Shown here in pieces: positions 31,201 through 42,333 of a stretch of 63,768 nt of DNA. The translations under genes were made by a program, and so were the position numbers. The number at the start of each line of letters is the position of its first letter. The first letter of the stretch is position 1. A model generated the notes under the pieces. That model was given only the letters and a program-made list of their open reading frames with translations, had not been told where the DNA came from and made no database searches. This stretch comes from Gammaproteobacteria bacterium (GTDB lineage: Bacteria; Pseudomonadota; Gammaproteobacteria; GCA-001735895). Where the stretch lies: positions 1-63,768 of the forward strand of contig JBFFXR010000001.1 of the NCBI GenBank assembly GCA_041569645.1, written 5' to 3'.

Positions 31201-31202
31201 GA

Positions 31203-33272
31203 TCAGTTCTTCAATTGCGTGACTTCGCGTCGGAATGGTAGCGCATCGCCGCGCTCCGGCGTATCCAGTTCGCGCGCGTAGCGATGCCCGGCGTAGGTCG
31301 CCCAGGCGATTGGCGCCGGCGCCTCGGCATCGCCGATCAGGCGGATCGATTCGATTCCGCGCTCCGCCCATTCGCTGGCGCGCGCGGCGAGCGCCTGCCA
31401 GAGCGCATCGTTGCCGATGCGTGACGCGACCATGACCAGCGCATCGGCACCGAGTGCCTGCGCGCGGCCAGAGTAAACGCAGTCGCTGCGGACCTCCCCG
31501 GCGGCGATCGCGCCGACCGCGCGGTTGAGGCGGATATCGACGCCGAGCTCGACGAGACGGGCGTGAATGCTGGCTTGCTCGAGCGTGTTCTGCGTCCACG
31601 CCGAGACGTGCGCGGCCGGCGTCACGAGGGTTACCTCGCAACCCCGCTCGGCCAGCAGCTCGGCCAGCACGCCGCCCATGTAGTAATGGTCGTCGTCGTA
31701 GAGGATGACGCGCCCGTCGGGCAGCCTGCCGTCCATCAGGTCGTCGGGTGTGTACAGCGGCAGCGAACCGTCGTCGGCAAGCGGCACGACGTGATGCCGG
31801 GCGACGCCGTCGGCGCGCCAGCGCGAACCCGTCGCAAGGCAGACGTGCTGGAAGCCGAAATCGAGGATATCGCCGGCGCCGAGCTCGTTGTCGAGGTAGA
31901 TCTCGACGTTGGCCATCTGGCCGAGCTGGTATTCGCGATAGTCGGCGACGCGACCCCAGGCGGCGAGCCCCGGCAGCTCGCGTTCGCGTGCGACGCGACC
32001 GCCGAGCCGGGTGCCGGCTTCGGCGAGTACCACGCGATAACCGCGCTCGCCGAGCGCGCGCGCGGCTTCAAGCCCGGCCGGCCCGGCGCCGACCACGAGC
32101 ACCGATTCGCTCGCACCCTTCGGCTCGATGCGCTCGGGGTGCCAGCCCTTGCGCCACTCTTCCATGAAGGTCGGATTTTGCGTACAGCGCGAGATCGACA
32201 TCGTCATGTCGCCGGAAATGCAAATGTTGCAGCCGATGCATTCGCGTATGTCTTCGGCGCGGCCCTCGTCGATCTTGCGCGGCAAAAACGGATCGGCGAT
32301 CGACGGCCGCGCGCAGCCGATAAAGTCGAGAATGCCGGCGCTGACCTGCCTGGCCATGACGTCCGGCGACGTAAAGCGGCCGACGCCGACTACCGGCTTC
32401 GGCGTCAGCGCCTTGATGCCCTCGATCAGCGATTGCTGCGCGGCCTCGTCGACGAAGCGCGACGGTCCCGAGCACTCGGCCCAGCTGCCGTGGGCCAGGT
32501 CCCACAGATCGGGCAGCTCGGAGTGCATCTCGATCAGGTCGCGGATCTCGGCGTTGCTGAAGCCAAGCTTGCCGATGGTTTCGACCATCGACAGGCGCAG
32601 CGTGATGCCGCAACGATCGCCGACCGCGTCCTTGCATTCCTCGAGCACTTCGCGCAACAGGCGCGCGCGGTTTTCGAGGCTGCCGCCATACTCGTCGCTG
32701 CGCTGGTTGGTCGCCGTCGACAGGAAATGCTGGAACACGCCGTGGCCGTGCGCGGCGTACAGGCAAATCAGGTCATAGCCGGCGGATTGCGCGCGCTTGC
32801 AGGCCGTGCGATGCCAGCGGCGCAGGTCGCGGATATCCCGGCGCGTCATGGCGCGCGCGCTGACCGGATCCGACGTGTAGGTCCGGATCGGCAGCGCGGT
32901 CGGGGCGAGTGGAATTTCACGGCTGTACAGGTTGGGCCCGTTGATGCCGGCATAGGTCAGCTCGGTACCGGCGAGCGCGCCGTGTTCGTGCACCGCGTCG
33001 GCCATCCTGGCGAGGATCGGCAGGTCGTCATCGTCCCACAGGCGCAGCTCGATGTAAGGCGAAATTTCCGAGCTATGGTGCATTTCGGTCTGCTCGGTGA
33101 AGATCACGCCCCAGCCGCCCTCGGCCTTGATGCGGCGCATCGCCGCCGCGGCCGACGGGTCGCGGTAACCGCCGCCGTTGCAGTGGGGCACCTGGTAAAA
33201 GCGGTTCTTCGCGGTGACCGGACCGATCGCGACCGGCTCGAACAAGATATCGTAACGTGGGTCTCGTGCCAT
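31203..33272 (-). CDS. trimethylamine/histamine-dehydrogenase-family amine dehydrogenase (FMN, 4Fe-4S, ADP-binding)
   Basis: ATG at 33272 (MARDPRYDILFEP...), 689 aa. VPHCNGG matches the 6-S-cysteinyl-FMN Cys context. CIGCNICISGDMTMSISRC is a 4Fe-4S motif, and VLVVGAGPAGLEAA is a dinucleotide fold. Confidence 0.88.
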   Translation of the reverse strand: MARDPRYDILFEPVAIGPVTAKNRFYQVPHCNGGGYRDPSAAAAMRRIKAEGGWGVIFTEQTEMHHSSEISPYIELRLWDDDDLPILARMADAVHEHGALAGTELTYAGINGPNLYSREIPLAPTALPIRTYTSDPVSARAMTRRDIRDLRRWHRTACKRAQSAGYDLICLYAAHGHGVFQHFLSTATNQRSDEYGGSLENRARLLREVLEECKDAVGDRCGITLRLSMVETIGKLGFSNAEIRDLIEMHSELPDLWDLAHGSWAECSGPSRFVDEAAQQSLIEGIKALTPKPVVGVGRFTSPDVMARQVSAGILDFIGCARPSIADPFLPRKIDEGRAEDIRECIGCNICISGDMTMSISRCTQNPTFMEEWRKGWHPERIEPKGASESVLVVGAGPAGLEAARALGERGYRVVLAEAGTRLGGRVARERELPGLAAWGRVADYREYQLGQMANVEIYLDNELGAGDILDFGFQHVCLATGSRWRADGVARHHVVPLADDGSLPLYTPDDLMDGRLPDGRVILYDDDHYYMGGVLAELLAERGCEVTLVTPAAHVSAWTQNTLEQASIHARLVELGVDIRLNRAVGAIAAGEVRSDCVYSGRAQALGADALVMVASRIGNDALWQALAARASEWAERGIESIRLIGDAEAPAPIAWATYAGHRYARELDTPERGDALPFRREVTQLKN

Positions 33273-33289
33273 GATTGCCTGGTCTCCGC

Positions 33290-34213
33290 TCAAAGCCGGG
33301 TCATGCCCGGAATGTGGGCGCTGCTGATCTGCGCGCGGCAAAACTCGCTGAATTCGTCGACGACGACCGTCTTGCCCAGGCTGGCGAGCGTCGCGACGCC
33401 CAGCGTCAATCCCGGATTGACACCGGCCAGCGGAATGTAGCGTAACTCGCTGCCGTCGAGCGAGCGGGTATTCAGCGGACGCACATTGGCGAGACTGTAA
33501 CCGTAACCTCTCGCGACGAGACCGCGCTGCACCTCTGTTTGACGCGTGCGCGCATGAATGCGCGGCTTGACCTTGTGATTCGAGAACAGCGACATGAAAT
33601 ACGTGTCGCTGAGCGGCAAGTCCAGCAGTATGAACCTTTCCTCCGCCAGGCTTTGCAGCGAGAGCGACGCGCGGTCGGCAAGCGGATGATCGGCGGCGAG
33701 CATGACGTAAGGCTCGAGCTCCGCCAGCGGAATGAAAGCGATCTCGCTTTCGAGTTGCAGATCGTAGGTCAGCGCGACGTCGATCGCGCCGGTCTTGAGC
33801 CGCGACAACAGTTCGGCCTGGTTGCCTTCGCTGACGCTGACCTCGACGCCGCGATGCGACTGCAAAAAGCCGTGGCACAGTTCCGGAATCACGATCGGCG
33901 CCAGCGGAATGAAGCAGCCGATGTTGATCGAACCGAAGATCCGGTCCGCCAGCTTGCCGGCGAAACTGCGCAACTCGTCGGCGTCGCGCAGCAGCGCCTT
34001 GGCCTTTTCCATGATTTGCGCCCCGGCGGTCGTCAGGCTCATGCCCTGGGCGTGGTGGCGGATGAAAAGCTGGACCTCGAAGACGTCCTCGAGATGCGCG
34101 ATCGCATTGGAGATCGACGGCTGCGACACGTGGATGTTCTCGGCCGCGCGCAGGATACTGCCGGCCTCGCCGGCGGCGACGAAATAGGCGAGCTGTTTGA
34201 GCGTGAACTGCAC
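33290..34213 (-). CDS. LysR-family transcriptional regulator embedded in the operon
   Basis: GTG at 34213 gives VQFTLKQLAYFVAAGEAGSILRAAENIHVSQPSISNAIAHLE (wHTH); 307 aa. It sits 8 nt after the ridA stop and 17 nt before the dehydrogenase start. Confidence 0.85.
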   Translation of the reverse strand: MQFTLKQLAYFVAAGEAGSILRAAENIHVSQPSISNAIAHLEDVFEVQLFIRHHAQGMSLTTAGAQIMEKAKALLRDADELRSFAGKLADRIFGSINIGCFIPLAPIVIPELCHGFLQSHRGVEVSVSEGNQAELLSRLKTGAIDVALTYDLQLESEIAFIPLAELEPYVMLAADHPLADRASLSLQSLAEERFILLDLPLSDTYFMSLFSNHKVKPRIHARTRQTEVQRGLVARGYGYSLANVRPLNTRSLDGSELRYIPLAGVNPGLTLGVATLASLGKTVVVDEFSEFCRAQISSAHIPGMTRL

Positions 34214-34221
34214 CGTTGGCG

Positions 34222-34635
34222 TCAGTCCTCGGGGATTACCGCGATGACGTCGATCTCCATCAACCATTCGGGCTGGCCGAGCCCGGCGACGACCAGCCCG
34301 GTAGAGATCGGGTAAACCCCTTTGAGCCACTTGCCGATTTCCCGGTAAACCGGCTCGCGAAAGCGCGGATCGGTGATGTAGGTCGTCGTCTTGACGATGT
34401 GCGTGAGGTCGCTGCCGGCTTCCTCGAGCAACTGCCGGACGTTCTTCATCGCCTGCTCGGCCTGTGCGCGCGGGTCGCCGAGTCCGACCAGCTTGCCGTC
34501 GAAATCGGTGCCGACCTGGCCGCGTACATAGACCGTATTGCCGGCGACGACCGCCTGGCACAAATCGTTGTCGAGCGTCTGGTTCGGGTAGGTATCCCGC
34601 GTGTTGAACATGCGAATGCGCTTGTGCGTGGGCAT
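34222..34635 (-). CDS. RidA/YjgF/L-PSP family protein
   Basis: The ATG at 34635 is preceded by AAGGGAGGA at 7-nt spacing. The C-terminal pattern is typical of the family (...EIDVIAV). Confidence 0.85.
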   Translation of the reverse strand: MPTHKRIRMFNTRDTYPNQTLDNDLCQAVVAGNTVYVRGQVGTDFDGKLVGLGDPRAQAEQAMKNVRQLLEEAGSDLTHIVKTTTYITDPRFREPVYREIGKWLKGVYPISTGLVVAGLGQPEWLMEIDVIAVIPED

Positions 34636-34760
34636 TTCGGGTCCTCCCTTGCCCGGCCGCGCTTGCATCGCGCCGCGCGAACGGCCGGCTTAGAGTCTCG
34701 CAAAGCGCCCAGTTTGGGCCGGATCCTGCCTCATGTAAATTACTATTTCCGGCAAATTTG

Positions 34761-34777
34761 ATTCAATAAAACCGAAT
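34761..34777. promoter_or_regulatory. candidate LysR-type operator (ATTC-N9-GAAT, T-N11-A architecture)
   Basis: A perfect 4+4 inverted repeat, ATTCAATAAAACCGAAT, lies in the AT-rich centre of the 289-bp divergent spacer between ridA and the DUF1028 gene. Confidence 0.35.
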
Positions 34778-34924
34778 CATGGTCACCCGCGAGCGCGAAT
34801 GACATCGGCGCCCGACGTGTTATCCTTCGCCGCACGGATCTCGCCGGCAGCGCTTCGCCGCAAGGCCCCGGCCGGGCGTCGCGCGGCCGTTCCGATCCGC
34901 ATTTAAATCACCACAGGAGAATCA

Positions 34925-35596
34925 ATGACGCTGTCGATCGCCGCATGGGACGAAGCCACCGGCCGGCTCGGCGCCGCCGTTGCATCGTCGAGTATCAGCG
35001 TCGCCAGCCGTTGCCTGCACTGGCGCAGCGGAGTCGGCATCGCGCTGTCGCAAAACATCACCGACCCGCGGCTCGGACCGCGCATGCTCGCACTGCTGGC
35101 CGACGGCGTCGAGGTCGGCGCGGCGCTCGACGCGACCGTCGCGAGCACGCCGTACATCCGTTTTCGCCAGCTCGCACTGATCGATTGCCGCGGCAACACC
35201 GGACTCTATACCGGCGACGGCGTTCTCGGCTGCTTCGCCTCGGCCCAGGGCCGGCACTGCGTCGCCGCCGGCAACCTGCTCGCCAACGACGGTGTGCCGC
35301 GGGCGATGATCGACGCCTTCGAGCAAAACGACGCGAGTTTCGGCAGCCGGATACTCGGCGCGCTCGAGGCCGGCATCGACGCCGGCGGGGAAGCCGGTCC
35401 GGTGCATTCGGCCGGTTTGCTGCTCGGCGGCAAACCCAGCTGGCCGCTGGCCGAGTTGCGCATCGACTGGGACGACGACCCGATCGGTAAAATGCTCACC
35501 GGCTGGCAGGTCTACGAGCCGCAGATCGACGACTATGTGACCCGCGCCTACCACCCCGACGACGCGCCGTCCTACGGCGTGCCCGGAGACCCCTGA
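34925..35596 (+). CDS. DUF1028-family (Ntn-hydrolase-like) protein
   Basis: SD AGGAGA. The N-terminus MTLSIAAWDEATGRLGAAVASSS is typical of DUF1028 (Thr/Ser at position 2 to 4 after Met). Confidence 0.75.
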   Translation: MTLSIAAWDEATGRLGAAVASSSISVASRCLHWRSGVGIALSQNITDPRLGPRMLALLADGVEVGAALDATVASTPYIRFRQLALIDCRGNTGLYTGDGVLGCFASAQGRHCVAAGNLLANDGVPRAMIDAFEQNDASFGSRILGALEAGIDAGGEAGPVHSAGLLLGGKPSWPLAELRIDWDDDPIGKMLTGWQVYEPQIDDYVTRAYHPDDAPSYGVPGDP

Positions 35597-36763
35597 ATGA
35601 ACAGCACCGAGATCCTCGAACGCCTGGTCGGTTTCGATACCACGAGCACGAAGTCGAACCTGGGATTGATCGACTTCGTTCGCAATCTGCTCGACGACCA
35701 CGGCATCGCGTCGCAGCTGGTCGAAAGCGACGACCGCAGCCGCGCCAACCTGTACGCAAGCATCGGCCCCGACGACCGCGGCGGCGTGATGCTGTCCGGC
35801 CACACCGACGTCGTGCCGACCGCGGGTCAGGACTGGAGCGGCGATCCGTACCGCCTGCGCGCCGTCGACGACCTGCTGTTCGGCCGCGGCAGCTGCGACA
35901 TGAAAGGTTTCATCGCCTGCGTGCTCGCGGCGCTGCCGCAAGTAACCGCGCAGCGTCTGCAGACGCCTGTTCATCTGGCATTCTCCTACGACGAGGAAAT
36001 CGGCTGCGTCGGCGCGCGGCGACTCGCCGACGCGCTCGCCGGCTTCGAGGTCAGGCCGAAAATCGGCATCATCGGCGAACCGACGAGCATGCAGATGGTA
36101 ACCGGGCACAAGGGCAAGTTGTCGTACCGCGTGACCTTCACCGGCCTGTCGTGCCACTCGGCCTACATCAGCAGCGGCGTCAACGCGGTCGAGTACGCCG
36201 CCGAACTGGTCGCGTTCATCCGCGCGATGAACCGCCGCGTGCAGGAGCGCGAGCTCCTCGACGCCAGCTACTCGGTGCCGCATTCGACCTTCCACGTCGG
36301 CAATATTCGCGGCGGCACCGCGCTCAACATCGTGCCGAGCGAATGCAGCTTCGAATTCGAAATCCGCAACCTGCCGCAGGACGATCTCGACGCACTGGCG
36401 CACGAAATTCGCCACTACGCCGACGCTGTGCTGTTGCCCGACATGCAGGCGCGCCATCCCGAAAGCGCAATTCGCTTCGTCGAGATCTCGAGCTATCCGG
36501 GCCTGCATACACCGCGTGATTCGACGGTGATCGAGTACACCCGCGCGGTCAACCCGGTCGACGCTTTCGGCGACAACGTCAGTTTCGGCACCGAGGCCGG
36601 GTTGTTCGACGGGATCGGCATCGAATGCGTGGTTTGCGGCCCGGGCAGCATAGAACAGGCGCACAAGCCCGACGAATTCGTCAGCCGCGAGCAGCTCGCG
36701 GCTTGCGACCGACTGCTTGAAAATCTTGTACATCGGGCGCGCAACCCGTCAGAATTCGGCTAA
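35597..36763 (+). CDS. M20-family deacylase (acetylornithine deacetylase ArgE-like)
   Basis: The start abuts the preceding stop (TGAATG). Motifs are LSGHTDVVP, GRGSCDMKG and YDEEIG; 388 aa. Confidence 0.85.
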   Translation: MNSTEILERLVGFDTTSTKSNLGLIDFVRNLLDDHGIASQLVESDDRSRANLYASIGPDDRGGVMLSGHTDVVPTAGQDWSGDPYRLRAVDDLLFGRGSCDMKGFIACVLAALPQVTAQRLQTPVHLAFSYDEEIGCVGARRLADALAGFEVRPKIGIIGEPTSMQMVTGHKGKLSYRVTFTGLSCHSAYISSGVNAVEYAAELVAFIRAMNRRVQERELLDASYSVPHSTFHVGNIRGGTALNIVPSECSFEFEIRNLPQDDLDALAHEIRHYADAVLLPDMQARHPESAIRFVEISSYPGLHTPRDSTVIEYTRAVNPVDAFGDNVSFGTEAGLFDGIGIECVVCGPGSIEQAHKPDEFVSREQLAACDRLLENLVHRARNPSEFG

Positions 36764-36787
36764 TCACGAAAACGCCTGGTATCGTCC

Positions 36788-37270
36788 ATGAGCTCAGCAT
36801 CCGGTCCCGGCATTATCGGCTGGCGCGAATGGGTCGCGCTGCCCGATCTCGGTCTACCCGCGATCAAGGCCAAGGTCGACACCGGCGCACGTACCTCGGC
36901 GTTGCACGCCTACCAGATCGACCCTTACGTCGACGGCGGACGCAATATGATCTGTTTTCTGATTCACCCGATCCAGCGCGATTTCGAGTTTTCGGTCGAA
37001 TGTCACGCGCCGGTGCTCGACCAGCGCCAGGTCACCGATTCGGGCGGTCACCGCGAGGAACGCTACGTGATCGAAAGCCTGGTCGCGATCGGCGGCGAAC
37101 GCTGGCCGATCGAGTTGACGCTGACCAACCGTGATACGATGCAGTTTCGGATGCTGCTCGGGCGCACTGCGATGGCCGGGCGTTTCGTCGTCGACCCGGC
37201 CGAGTCCTACGCCAGCGGCAAACTGCGGCCGCGCAAGCTGTACGGGCTGGCACCCCGTCAATCAGACTAA
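36788..37270 (+). CDS. retropepsin-like 'ATP-dependent zinc protease' domain protein (RimB-like)
   Basis: [31 protein letters not shown] carries the DTGA aspartic-protease signature. It lies immediately upstream of rimK. Confidence 0.75.
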   Translation: MSSASGPGIIGWREWVALPDLGLPAIKAKVDTGARTSALHAYQIDPYVDGGRNMICFLIHPIQRDFEFSVECHAPVLDQRQVTDSGGHREERYVIESLVAIGGERWPIELTLTNRDTMQFRMLLGRTAMAGRFVVDPAESYASGKLRPRKLYGLAPRQSD

Positions 37271-37289
37271 ACATATTCCAGGATAAAAC

Positions 37290-38178
<889 letters not shown>

Positions 38179-38192
<14 letters not shown>

Positions 38193-39240
38193 GCCACGCC
38201 CGGCAATCGAGATTGCCGGCGTCAGCGTCGCGCCCGGCACGCAGCAATCGATCGATATTCCGCTGCCAAGCTTCTATACCCACAGCAGCGTCAACATGCC
38301 GGTGCACGTTGTCCACGGGCGCAAGCCCGGACCGGTGCTGCTGGTCTGCGCGGCGATCCACGGCGACGAGATCAACGGCACCGAAATCATCCGCCGGTTG
38401 CTCGCACACCGCGCGATGAACCGCCTGCGCGGTACGCTGATCGCGATCCCGGTGGTCAACGTCTACGGTTTCGTTTCCAAGTCCCGCTACCTGCCGGACC
38501 GGCGCGACCTGAACCGCTCGTTCCCCGGCAGCGAGACCGGTTCGATGGCCTCGCGCCTGGCCCACGTGCTGACCAAGCAAATCATCGCCCATTGCACCCA
38601 TGTAGTCGACTTGCATACCGGCGCGGTCTACCGCGAAAATCTGCCGCAAATCCGTGCCAAGCTCAGTGGCGAACCCGAGGTCGAGGCGCTCGCACGCGCC
38701 TTCGGCGTGACGGTAATTCTCGATGCGGGCCTGCTCGAGGGATCGTTTCGCGCCGCCTGTAACGATCAGGGCGTACCGGTGATTCTATACGAGGCCGGCG
38801 AGGCGCTGCGCTTCGACGAACTCGCGATCCGCGCTGGCTTGCGTGGCGTGCTCAACGTCATGACCGCGCTCGGCATGCGCACGCTGACCAAGGCACCAAA
38901 GACGCCGAAAACAATGGTCGCCAATATGAGCCGCTGGCTGCGCGCGCCGCAAAGCGGCATCCTGCGCTCGCTGTGCGCGACCGGCGCGCACGTCAAGGAG
39001 GGCGAGATCGTCGCCTACGTCAACGACCCGCTCGGCAATAACCTGTGCGAAATCACCAGCATGATCGACGGCATCGTCATCGGCAAGACCAACCTGCCGC
39101 TGGTGTTCGCCGGCGAGGCAATCTTCAACATCGCCGCCTACGAATCGCCCCACAAGGTTTCCGGCCACATCGAGGCTTACCACGAACAGCTCGCGCCGAG
39201 CGACGACGAAAAAGGCGTCGACGAACCTCCTCTCGTCTGA
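38179..39240 (+). CDS. succinylglutamate desuccinylase/aspartoacylase (M14-like) family zinc hydrolase
   Basis: The GTG start overlaps the rimK 3' end by 14 nt. The zinc motif [12 protein letters not shown] and the DLNRSFPG motif are present. Confidence 0.8.
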
Positions 39241-39241
39241 A

Positions 39242-40459
39242 CTAGCCGGCGGGTTCGAAGGCGGGGCGCTGCACCGGCTCCTCGCGGATCGGCCAGTGAA
39301 CGATCGCGGCGAAGATGCCGAGCGCGACGCCGATCCACCAGATCGCATCGTAGCTGCCGGTCAGATCGTAGAGCTCGCCGCCGAGCCAGACGCCGAGAAA
39401 CGAACCGACCTGGTGTGAAAAGAACACGATGCCACCGAGCATACCGAGGTAGCGCGTGCCGAACATGACCGCGACCAGCCCGTTGGTCGGCGCGACCGTC
39501 GACAGCCACAGGATGCCGATAACGATCGAGAACACCGTGACCGTCAACGGACTCGCCGGAATCAGCAGGAACAGCGTCACCGCGATCGAGCGGCCGATGT
39601 AGATCCAGGCAAGAAATATGGGTTTCGAGTAACGCTGGCCGATCACTCCCGAGGCGAGCGAACCGATGATGTTGAAAAAACCGATCAGGCCGATCGCAAC
39701 CACCGCCCAGCGCGAGGCAATGCCGAGATCACTGATGTAGGCCGGAAAATGCGCGGTGATGAACGCGACCTGGAAGCCGCAGACGAAAAAGCCGGAAATC
39801 AGCAGGATATAGCCGCGCGTCGCCAGCGCCTCTCGCAATGCTTCGCCGACGGATTGCTCGAACTCGGCGCTGGCGATCGCCGACGATGCGGAATTGCCGC
39901 GCAACGGTATCGCGAGTAGCGGAATTACGAGCATGATCGCGCTGATTGCGATCAGGCTGTCCGACCAGCCGAGGGAGTCAATCAGGCCCTGCGAAATCGG
40001 CGCGAACACGAACATCCCGGCCGAACCCGATGCGGTACCGAGGCCAAAAGCGAAAGAACGCCGCTCGGCGCTGACGCGGCGCGCAATTGCCGCGAGGATG
40101 ACGCCGAAGGAACAGGCGGCAACGCCGAGGCCGACGAGGATGCCGCCGCCGATATGCAACCACAGCGGGGTCGGCGCGATCGCCATGACGACAAGCCCGA
40201 GCGCGTACAGGATCGCGCCGATCGTCAGTACCCGCCAGGTTCCGAACTTGTCGGCGATCACGCCGAACAGCGGCTGGCCCAGGCCCCAGAACAGGTTTTG
40301 CAGCGCCATCGCGAGGCCGAAGGTCGCTCGGTCCCAGCCGTTGGTCTCGATGATCGGCAGCTGGAAGAAGCCCATCGCCGAGCGCGGACCGAAGGCCAGC
40401 AGCGCGATCAGGCAGGCACAACTGATCGCAATCGGCGGAATTCGGGAATTGGCGCTCAA
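39242..40459 (-). CDS. MFS transporter
   Basis: About twelve hydrophobic segments in 405 aa. The start is a TTG and is uncertain. Confidence 0.8.
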   Translation of the reverse strand: MSANSRIPPIAISCACLIALLAFGPRSAMGFFQLPIIETNGWDRATFGLAMALQNLFWGLGQPLFGVIADKFGTWRVLTIGAILYALGLVVMAIAPTPLWLHIGGGILVGLGVAACSFGVILAAIARRVSAERRSFAFGLGTASGSAGMFVFAPISQGLIDSLGWSDSLIAISAIMLVIPLLAIPLRGNSASSAIASAEFEQSVGEALREALATRGYILLISGFFVCGFQVAFITAHFPAYISDLGIASRWAVVAIGLIGFFNIIGSLASGVIGQRYSKPIFLAWIYIGRSIAVTLFLLIPASPLTVTVFSIVIGILWLSTVAPTNGLVAVMFGTRYLGMLGGIVFFSHQVGSFLGVWLGGELYDLTGSYDAIWWIGVALGIFAAIVHWPIREEPVQRPAFEPAG

Positions 40460-40559
40460 GTCGTCGCTCCTGGGCGGTTCTATCGGGTTAGTCGTGGCCG
40501 TCCGGGGAGTTTACAATATCACTTTGGCCGATGCGCCCCGATCTGCGAGGAATCGTCGC

Positions 40560-41066
40560 TTGACGATCAGGATATTCACCACCGGCGGAACCTTCGACAA
40601 GGTTTACTTCGACGCGCTCAGCGAGTTCCGGTTCGGCGACACGCTGGTCGGCGATTTGCTCGTCGAGGCCAACGTCAATTTTGCCTATCAAGTCGAAACG
40701 CTGCTGCAAAAAGACAGTCTCGACCTCGACGACACCGACCGCGAACTGATCCGGCGCGCGGTCGAAGGCGCAGACGAGAGCAGGATCGTCATTACCCACG
40801 GAACCGATACGATGGTAGAAACCGCCCGCGCGCTGGCCGGCATCGACGGCAAGACCATCGTCCTGTTCGGTGCGATGCAGCCTGCGCGGATGCGCTATAC
40901 CGACGCGATGTACAATCTTGGTGTCGCCACCGCGGCCGTGCAGCTGCTGACGCCCGGCGTACACCTGGCGATGAACGGGCAGGTATTCGCGCCCGACAGG
41001 GTGCGCAAGAATCGCGCGCGCGGCCGCTTCGAGCCGATCGACGGTGGATCCGCGCGTCGCGAGTAG
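40560..41066 (+). CDS. asparaginase N-terminal-domain-only protein
   Basis: TTGGTFDK and THGTDTM match the two catalytic-Thr motifs of L-asparaginases. No in-frame ATG exists, so a TTG at 40560 was chosen; a GTG at 40494 is the alternative. Confidence 0.6.
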   Translation: MTIRIFTTGGTFDKVYFDALSEFRFGDTLVGDLLVEANVNFAYQVETLLQKDSLDLDDTDRELIRRAVEGADESRIVITHGTDTMVETARALAGIDGKTIVLFGAMQPARMRYTDAMYNLGVATAAVQLLTPGVHLAMNGQVFAPDRVRKNRARGRFEPIDGGSARRE

Positions 41067-41091
41067 CCTGTCCAGCGCCGATGAAACGACG

Positions 41092-42333
41092 ATGACGATA
41101 CGCAGCAAAGCCCGGATCCTGCTTCCGCTACTCGCGCTCGGGCTCGCCGCGTTCATCTACCACGCGCTGCTCTCGAGCAAGACCGAACGGCAAAAACCGC
41201 AACTCGCGGAAAAGGTCTGGCAAATCGAGGCGCTCACCGCCGCGCCGCAATCGCTCGCGCCGAGCGTCACGCTCTACGGCCATATTGAGTCGCCCGAACG
41301 CCTGCAGGCCGGGGCACCCGGGCCCGGCGTGGTCGAGCGCGTATTCGTCCGCAACGGCACGCGGGTGCAACGCGACGAGCCGCTGATTCGCCTCGATCCA
41401 CGCGATTTCGAGGCCGCGCTGCGCCAGTCCGAAGCCGACTATCGCGACGTCGAAAACCAGCTCGACGAGCTGCAGATCCGCCATCGCGCTGACCGCGCCG
41501 CGCTCGATACCGAGCGCGAGCTGATGGCGATCGCCGAAGCCGAAGTCGAGCGCCTTGTCAAACTGCAGCAGCAGAATCTGAGCACCGATACCGCGCTCAA
41601 CTCGGCGCGCAGCGAGCTCGAACGACGCCGCCTCGCGGTGCTGTCGCGCGAGCTCGACGTCGCCAGCTACCCGGCGCGGCTCAAGGCCCTCGAAGCCCGC
41701 CGCGACCGCGCGCGCGCACGCGTCGACCAGGACCGCCTGGCGTTCGACCGCGCCGAGATTTCTGCGCCCTTCGATGCGATCGTCAGCCGGGTCACGGTCG
41801 CCGCGGGTGACCGCGTCGCAATTGGCCAGGTATTGCTCGAGCTGTTCCCGTTCGACAGTCTCGAGATTCGCGCCCATTTGCCGCTTAAATATATGGACAC
41901 GCTGCGCCGTGCACTCGCCGCCGGGCAAACGCTTCGGGCCCGCGTTACGCGCGCCGGCACGGACCGGAGCTTCGCGTTGCTGCGCCTGGCTGGCGAGGCC
42001 GAAGCAACCGGCATCGACATCTACTTCGACGCCAGCGAGTCGGGCGAAAGCCTGCGGCCGGGCGAACTGCTCGCACTCGACCTCGAATTACCGCGCGAGG
42101 ATGACGTCTACGCCCTGCCCTACCAGGCGATTTACGGCAATTCGCGGATCTACCGGGTAATCGACGATCGGCTGCAGGCGCTCGATGTCGTCAGCGTCGG
42201 CCAGACCCGCGACGCCGACGGCGGAACGCTGGTGCTGATCCGCAGCGACCGGATTACGCCGGGCGACCGGATCGCGACCACCCACCTGCCCAACGCGGTC
42301 ACTGGCCTCAAGGTGCGGATCGATGGTGAATAG
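41092..42333 (+). CDS. RND efflux periplasmic adaptor (HlyD/MFP family)
   Basis: ATG at 41092 (MTIRSKARILLPLLALGLAAF), with an N-terminal TM, a coiled-coil hairpin and a beta-barrel tail. Confidence 0.85.
   Translation: MTIRSKARILLPLLALGLAAFIYHALLSSKTERQKPQLAEKVWQIEALTAAPQSLAPSVTLYGHIESPERLQAGAPGPGVVERVFVRNGTRVQRDEPLIRLDPRDFEAALRQSEADYRDVENQLDELQIRHRADRAALDTERELMAIAEAEVERLVKLQQQNLSTDTALNSARSELERRRLAVLSRELDVASYPARLKALEARRDRARARVDQDRLAFDRAEISAPFDAIVSRVTVAAGDRVAIGQVLLELFPFDSLEIRAHLPLKYMDTLRRALAAGQTLRARVTRAGTDRSFALLRLAGEAEATGIDIYFDASESGESLRPGELLALDLELPREDDVYALPYQAIYGNSRIYRVIDDRLQALDVVSVGQTRDADGGTLVLIRSDRITPGDRIATTHLPNAVTGLKVRIDGE

Noticed and set aside
34922-36733. A 603-aa minus-strand ORF opposite the DUF1028 and ArgE-like genes.
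   Set aside because: It is antisense to two genes with clear family motifs and SD sequences, and its translation is low-complexity.
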